A DNA stretch of 64,000 nucleotides. Source: Pelagomonas calceolata (taxonomy: Eukaryota). The stretch is from contig CAKKNE010000001.1 in assembly GCA_918797485.1 (NCBI GenBank), positions 1,860,001 to 1,924,000 of the forward strand. The letters run 5' to 3'. Made by a program: the position numbers and the translations under genes. Numbering within the stretch: the stretch's first letter is position 1; the number at the start of each line of letters is the position of its first letter. Shown in pieces: positions 60,309 through 64,000 of the stretch. Under the pieces are notes generated by a model. The model was not told the DNA's origin, ran no database searches, and saw only the letters and a program-made list of their open reading frames with translations.

Positions 60309-60788
60309 ATGGCCGGCGATAAGCCCAACCCGACGCAGCGCCCGGCGCCGGCGCGAGGGCCTGGCGGCGGCGCCCTCCAGCAGCGCAAGCGCCCGGCGCG
60401 GACCGCCAGCGGCGGCCGGCGGCCGCAGCAGCAGCCCGGCATCCTGCGCTTCTACGCCGAGGAGACGCCGGGCCTCAAGATCGGGCCGACGACCGTACGC
60501 GGCCGCGTCGCTTTTATTTTTATTGCAGTTTATTGCAACCGTGGCCTTATCATTCGCATCGGAGGGACGCATCGATGGCGTGGAGGTGGTGGAGATCCCA
60601 CCGGCACGCCATCGCCGCGACCGTCGCCGAATGCACCTCACGCGACGCACGCGCAGGTTCTGGTGATGTCCGTCATGTTCGTCGGCTTTGTGGTGCTCCT
60701 CCACATCTACGGCAAGCTCACGGCCGTGCCCGACGCGGTCGACGAGGACCCGATCATGCCCGAGACCCCGGGCGCTGAGGGCGCCTAG
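60309..60788 (+). CDS. SEC61B: Sec61 beta subunit, 2 exons (intron 60495-60656)
   Basis: GILRFYAEETPGLKIGPTT joined to VLVMSVMFVGFVVLLHIYGK is the Sec61beta signature. Confidence 0.92.
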   Translation: MAGDKPNPTQRPAPARGPGGGALQQRKRPARTASGGRRPQQQPGILRFYAEETPGLKIGPTTVRGRVAFIFIAVYCNRGLIIRIGGTHRWRGGGGDPTGTPSPRPSPNAPHATHAQVLVMSVMFVGFVVLLHIYGKLTAVPDAVDEDPIMPETPGAEGA

Positions 60789-60807
60789 GGACTACTAAGA
60801 TTCTTCG

Positions 60808-62115
60808 TTAGTTACCGCGCGTGCCGAATTTCTGCGCCCACTCGTCGTAGCGTTCGAGCAGAGATGCGTCCGCGCTCGGCTTGATGACTCTCAAAGCCTT
60901 GGCGAAGTCCGTTTTTTTGCATGGGCGCACATCCTTGATATTGATAGATGCGATGCGCTCGCCGAGTTCCCGCAAAGGCTCCTGGACGGCGTCCTCCGCG
61001 AGCAATCGTAGGTCGGACGCTGAGTAATTTTCAGTGGCATTGACGATCGCGGCCCGGTCGGCCGCGGATATTTTTTGGGCGACGTCGCCCCGATCAAGGA
61101 GACCATCCAAGATGACCCTTCTCGCAGTAGAATCAGGCAGTGGTATGAGGACCCGTCTAGGTACGCGTCGTAACAAGGCATCATCGAGGTCCCAGGGACG
61201 GTTCGTCGCGGCCATAAACAAAATCCGATCTTCCCTGGAAGTGCCGGCGCCGTCGAGCTGCACAAGGAACTCCGTCTTCATCCTCCTGGAACTCTCCTGG
61301 TCGCCGTCGCCGCGCGCCGACAGTAATGAGTCGACCTCGTCGAGGAAGATGACCGAGGGCTGGCGCTCCCGAGCGATCCGGAACAGCGCGCGGACCATTT
61401 TTTCGCTTTCACCCACGTACTTGGACGTCAGCGACGCCGCAGATGCGGCGAAGAAGCTCTTAGCGTTGGACTCCGTAGCGACGGCCTTGGCCAAGAAAGT
61501 CTTGCCCGTGCCCGGCGGCCCGAAGAGGAGCACACCCCGTGGTGGCGCCCGGAGCCCTCGGTAGAGGTCCGGTCTCAAGTTCGGCAACACAACAGCTTCT
61601 TTCAGAGTGCGTTTGGCAGCTTCCAACCCGGCCACGTCCGCCCACCTAACAGCTGAAGAACCGTCGAGCATCTCCTGGAGCACGCGCGCTTCGAAGGGGT
61701 CGCGCACGATGTTCTCTGGCGCGGCTGGCGGCGGCGGCGAGGTGCGGCGTCGCGGCGCTTGCGGGGACGTGCGGCGGACCGGTTTTCGTGGAGGCACCTT
61801 CGGCGGCCGCGGCCTGGCCCCATAATTGTCGTGGTCGGGGCGCTTCGCCTGCGCGAGCTGCTTGCACCGCTCCGCGCGCGCCATGTACTCTTCGACGGTC
61901 TTCAGGATGACGGCCCGCTTCGGCTCGTCACTCTCAGATTGATGGCGCTCTATTAGTAATCTCAAGCCCTCCTCGTAGAGCATCACTGCTGTCGAGTACT
62001 GCTTGCTATCATCAAAACGGCGCGCGTCTTTCAATTTGGCCACGGCCGCCTCCACCTGGCCGTTGTCTTCATTTTGTTTCGGCTTCGACCGCATGCGTGC
62101 CAGGAGGGAGCTCAT
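60808..62115 (-). CDS. SPAST: Spastin-like MIT-AAA ATPase
   Basis: MIT domain; VRWADVAGLEAAK, GVLLFGPPGTGKT, SLTSKYVGESEKMVRALF, IFLDEVDS, SRRMKTEFLVQ, ATNRPWDLD and WAQKFG. Confidence 0.85.
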   Translation of the reverse strand: MSSLLARMRSKPKQNEDNGQVEAAVAKLKDARRFDDSKQYSTAVMLYEEGLRLLIERHQSESDEPKRAVILKTVEEYMARAERCKQLAQAKRPDHDNYGARPRPPKVPPRKPVRRTSPQAPRRRTSPPPPAAPENIVRDPFEARVLQEMLDGSSAVRWADVAGLEAAKRTLKEAVVLPNLRPDLYRGLRAPPRGVLLFGPPGTGKTFLAKAVATESNAKSFFAASAASLTSKYVGESEKMVRALFRIARERQPSVIFLDEVDSLLSARGDGDQESSRRMKTEFLVQLDGAGTSREDRILFMAATNRPWDLDDALLRRVPRRVLIPLPDSTARRVILDGLLDRGDVAQKISAADRAAIVNATENYSASDLRLLAEDAVQEPLRELGERIASINIKDVRPCKKTDFAKALRVIKPSADASLLERYDEWAQKFGTRGN

Positions 62116-62276
62116 TGTTGTTGTCTCCTGTGCTGATCTCAGCGGTGCGCGTCGACTGGCGTGAAAGTGCTACCAGCTGGTCCAGGCGGTTGTCTGGGCT
62201 TCCTCTGGTGACTTTGGACCTCAGAACGATTCGTAGGCGATGCAAAGCCGCCGCAAAGCCACGAAAGTTGCTTGCG

Positions 62277-62298
62277 CTAGTGTGTCACAGGACGCTAG
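62277..62298 (+). promoter_or_regulatory. CTAG-box motif copy
   Basis: CTAGTGTGTCACAGGACGCTAG in the spastin/PX divergent promoter. Confidence 0.65.
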
Positions 62299-62511
62299 CT
62301 TCGCGGCCTGGGCTAACCTTTTTGCGGGCTGTATCGCGGCAAACCAGGTCGCGTTTCACTGTCAGCGCTGCTTCGACACTCCTACGGTGCCACCTGAACG
62401 CGCCGGACGAGCGCTGTACGCCACAGGAGAGCTCGCAGCCCCAATTCACCTCTCAGCCAAAACCAGTCCATTGCAAGGCGGGGATACGCTCACAAACTAA
62501 AAAAGGAAAAA

Positions 62512-63195
62512 ATGCCCCGCGTCGCGAGAATACGAGTCCCAATCTACCAGGAGACGGGCAAGCACACCCTGTACCGAATAGAAGTGACGACGGACGACGG
62601 CCGAACTAGAAAGGTAGAGCGCCGCTACAGAGACGTACTAAGGTTCCACGGCACGCTCTGTAGGGCCGCCCCGCACCCGAAACTGGAACAATTCGACTTC
62701 CCGCACAAGAGCATATTAAACACGAACGCGGAGTTCACGAAGGAACGAAGGAGATCAGGCTTCGAAGCGTACTTCGCCCTGCTGTTGTCGCTGGGCCCGA
62801 ACTACGCGCCCTTCGTCGAGACCTTCCTCAAGGCCGACGAGCGGGCTTTAGATGATTCGGGCCACTCGCGGCCGGCGACACCAACACCTGTTGCAGCACA
62901 ACCGGCGGTCGTCTTCGACGACGACGAGGACGACGACGACAGTACCATCGCCATCCAGCAACCACCACTAGTTCTAGAAAAGCCGCGGTCGCTGACGCAC
63001 TGGGCGCTGTGCTTCTACCTACCGGTGGCCTTAGTGACCTACGCGCACTGCTGCGTCCTCACGTTGTTAGGAGCTCTCCACACAGAGGACTGGTCGAAGG
63101 GCCAGGCCTGGCTCGCCGTCCTATCGGCGCCGCTCGTGCTCTGTGTGGCTTTGGCATTACTGGCGCCGGCCGTCGACGACTCCGAGGAGTACTAA
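62512..63195 (+). CDS. PX-domain protein with two C-terminal TM helices
   Basis: HTLYRIEV...VERRYRDVLRFH...FPHKS...ERRRSGFEAYF...FL PX pattern; hydrophobic C-terminus. Confidence 0.85.
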   Translation: MPRVARIRVPIYQETGKHTLYRIEVTTDDGRTRKVERRYRDVLRFHGTLCRAAPHPKLEQFDFPHKSILNTNAEFTKERRRSGFEAYFALLLSLGPNYAPFVETFLKADERALDDSGHSRPATPTPVAAQPAVVFDDDEDDDDSTIAIQQPPLVLEKPRSLTHWALCFYLPVALVTYAHCCVLTLLGALHTEDWSKGQAWLAVLSAPLVLCVALALLAPAVDDSEEY

Positions 63196-63200
63196 TGTAG

Positions 63201-63941
63201 TTAATCCCACGATTCTCTAGACGCTTTGACCCGATCGAAGGCGGAAAACCGCCGCGCGTCGCCAGCGTGGACCATCGAATCGATCTCCCGCGGGTCCTTC
63301 TCGACAAAGTGCCGCCGCGTCTCCGTCACGAAGCGGTTGTCCTCGCCCAAGGCGATGGCGTCGGCGACGTTGTGCGACCGGAAGAGGTCCTGCCTCGTTC
63401 TAGAAGCCGGTGGCCGGTGGCCCGTGCCGTGATTCTTGTGCGCGTCGCGCATTTGCGTCACGAAGCGATCTTCTTCGCTGTCGGATCTAAAAATGCGCGT
63501 GTGGAACTGGAGGTCCTTGGACGTGAGGCGCATCTGGGGCGTCACGCACGTCGGGCCCGCGCGCCCGGAAGGTTGTCTATGCTTCGGCCGCGCGCCGTGC
63601 GCTCGCAACGTCTCCGCGTAATTCCTATCAGTCGTCGACGTCAGCGCTTTCTCGGTCACATGCGGTGCAATAGACGACCGCTGCAGCATCTCCGTGCTCA
63701 GCGTCGGCTTCTCCGCGTTCCTCGAGACAACAGGAGCGTCGAACGCCGCTTGCGACTGTGACTTATAGTCCCTGGGCGCCCACTCGGGGTGCTGCGCGAA
63801 GGGCTCGTGGCGCTGCAAGGCCGCTGACTTCTTGATGCCCCGCGTTTCCTTGGGGAAGGCCTTGCGCAGGCCCGCCCTTGGCACCGGTGGGGCCGGTGTC
63901 GGGGCATTCGCCTGCTTGAGGACGTCGCCGAGCGACGGCAT
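63201..63941 (-). CDS. Hypothetical protein, possibly a microtubule-inner-protein-like repeat protein
   Basis: ATG 63941 MPSLGDVLK; short repeats TSTTDRNY, FVTQMRDAH and FVTETRRHF; function is a guess. Confidence 0.6.
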   Translation of the reverse strand: MPSLGDVLKQANAPTPAPPVPRAGLRKAFPKETRGIKKSAALQRHEPFAQHPEWAPRDYKSQSQAAFDAPVVSRNAEKPTLSTEMLQRSSIAPHVTEKALTSTTDRNYAETLRAHGARPKHRQPSGRAGPTCVTPQMRLTSKDLQFHTRIFRSDSEEDRFVTQMRDAHKNHGTGHRPPASRTRQDLFRSHNVADAIALGEDNRFVTETRRHFVEKDPREIDSMVHAGDARRFSAFDRVKASRESWD

Positions 63942-64000
63942 TTTTGTTGTTGGTGGCGCGGCGGCGGCGTCGAGCGTGTTCACCGCCCAACTGTTGTTGG

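Noticed and set aside
705..62298. CTAG-box copies as CRISPR repeats or integron attC sites
   Set aside because: Copies are kilobases apart, in both orientations, in promoters of intron-bearing eukaryotic genes; no spacers, cas genes or integrase seen

Overview
Eukaryotic, GC-rich, very gene-dense DNA with short introns and plastid-type signal peptides. It is most consistent with a pelagophyte (Pelagomonas/Aureococcus-like) stramenopile alga; this is an inference, as no database search was possible. About 38 protein genes are supported. They include hemE, HYPK, ADO/PCO, a cyclic-nucleotide-binding-domain channel, a 3143-aa IP3R/RyR-like channel, RtcA, FKBP, glucosidase II beta, Med8, a Trm13-like enzyme, several methyltransferases, two J-domain proteins, Sec61beta, spastin and a PX-domain protein. 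Most are arranged as divergent/convergent pairs. Main observations: (1) A 20-22 bp CTAG-bounded motif (CTAGTGTCTTACAGCCGCTAG-like; one 28-bp variant) recurs 14 times, always intergenic and about 90-400 bp upstream of start codons, mostly in bidirectional promoters. (2) The IP3R/RyR-like channel carries an extra voltage-sensor-like S1-S4 module in its cytosolic region and a non-canonical filter, next to another channel with a non-canonical pore. (3) Introner-type introns with TIRs and 8-bp TSDs are present at different stages of decay. (4) Two dispersed non-coding repeat families occur: a GCGTCGATGGCGT core and a ~153-bp unit. (5) There is a subtilase lacking the catalytic His/Ser, and a probable CUG start. 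No rRNA, tRNA or CRISPR array was recognised.
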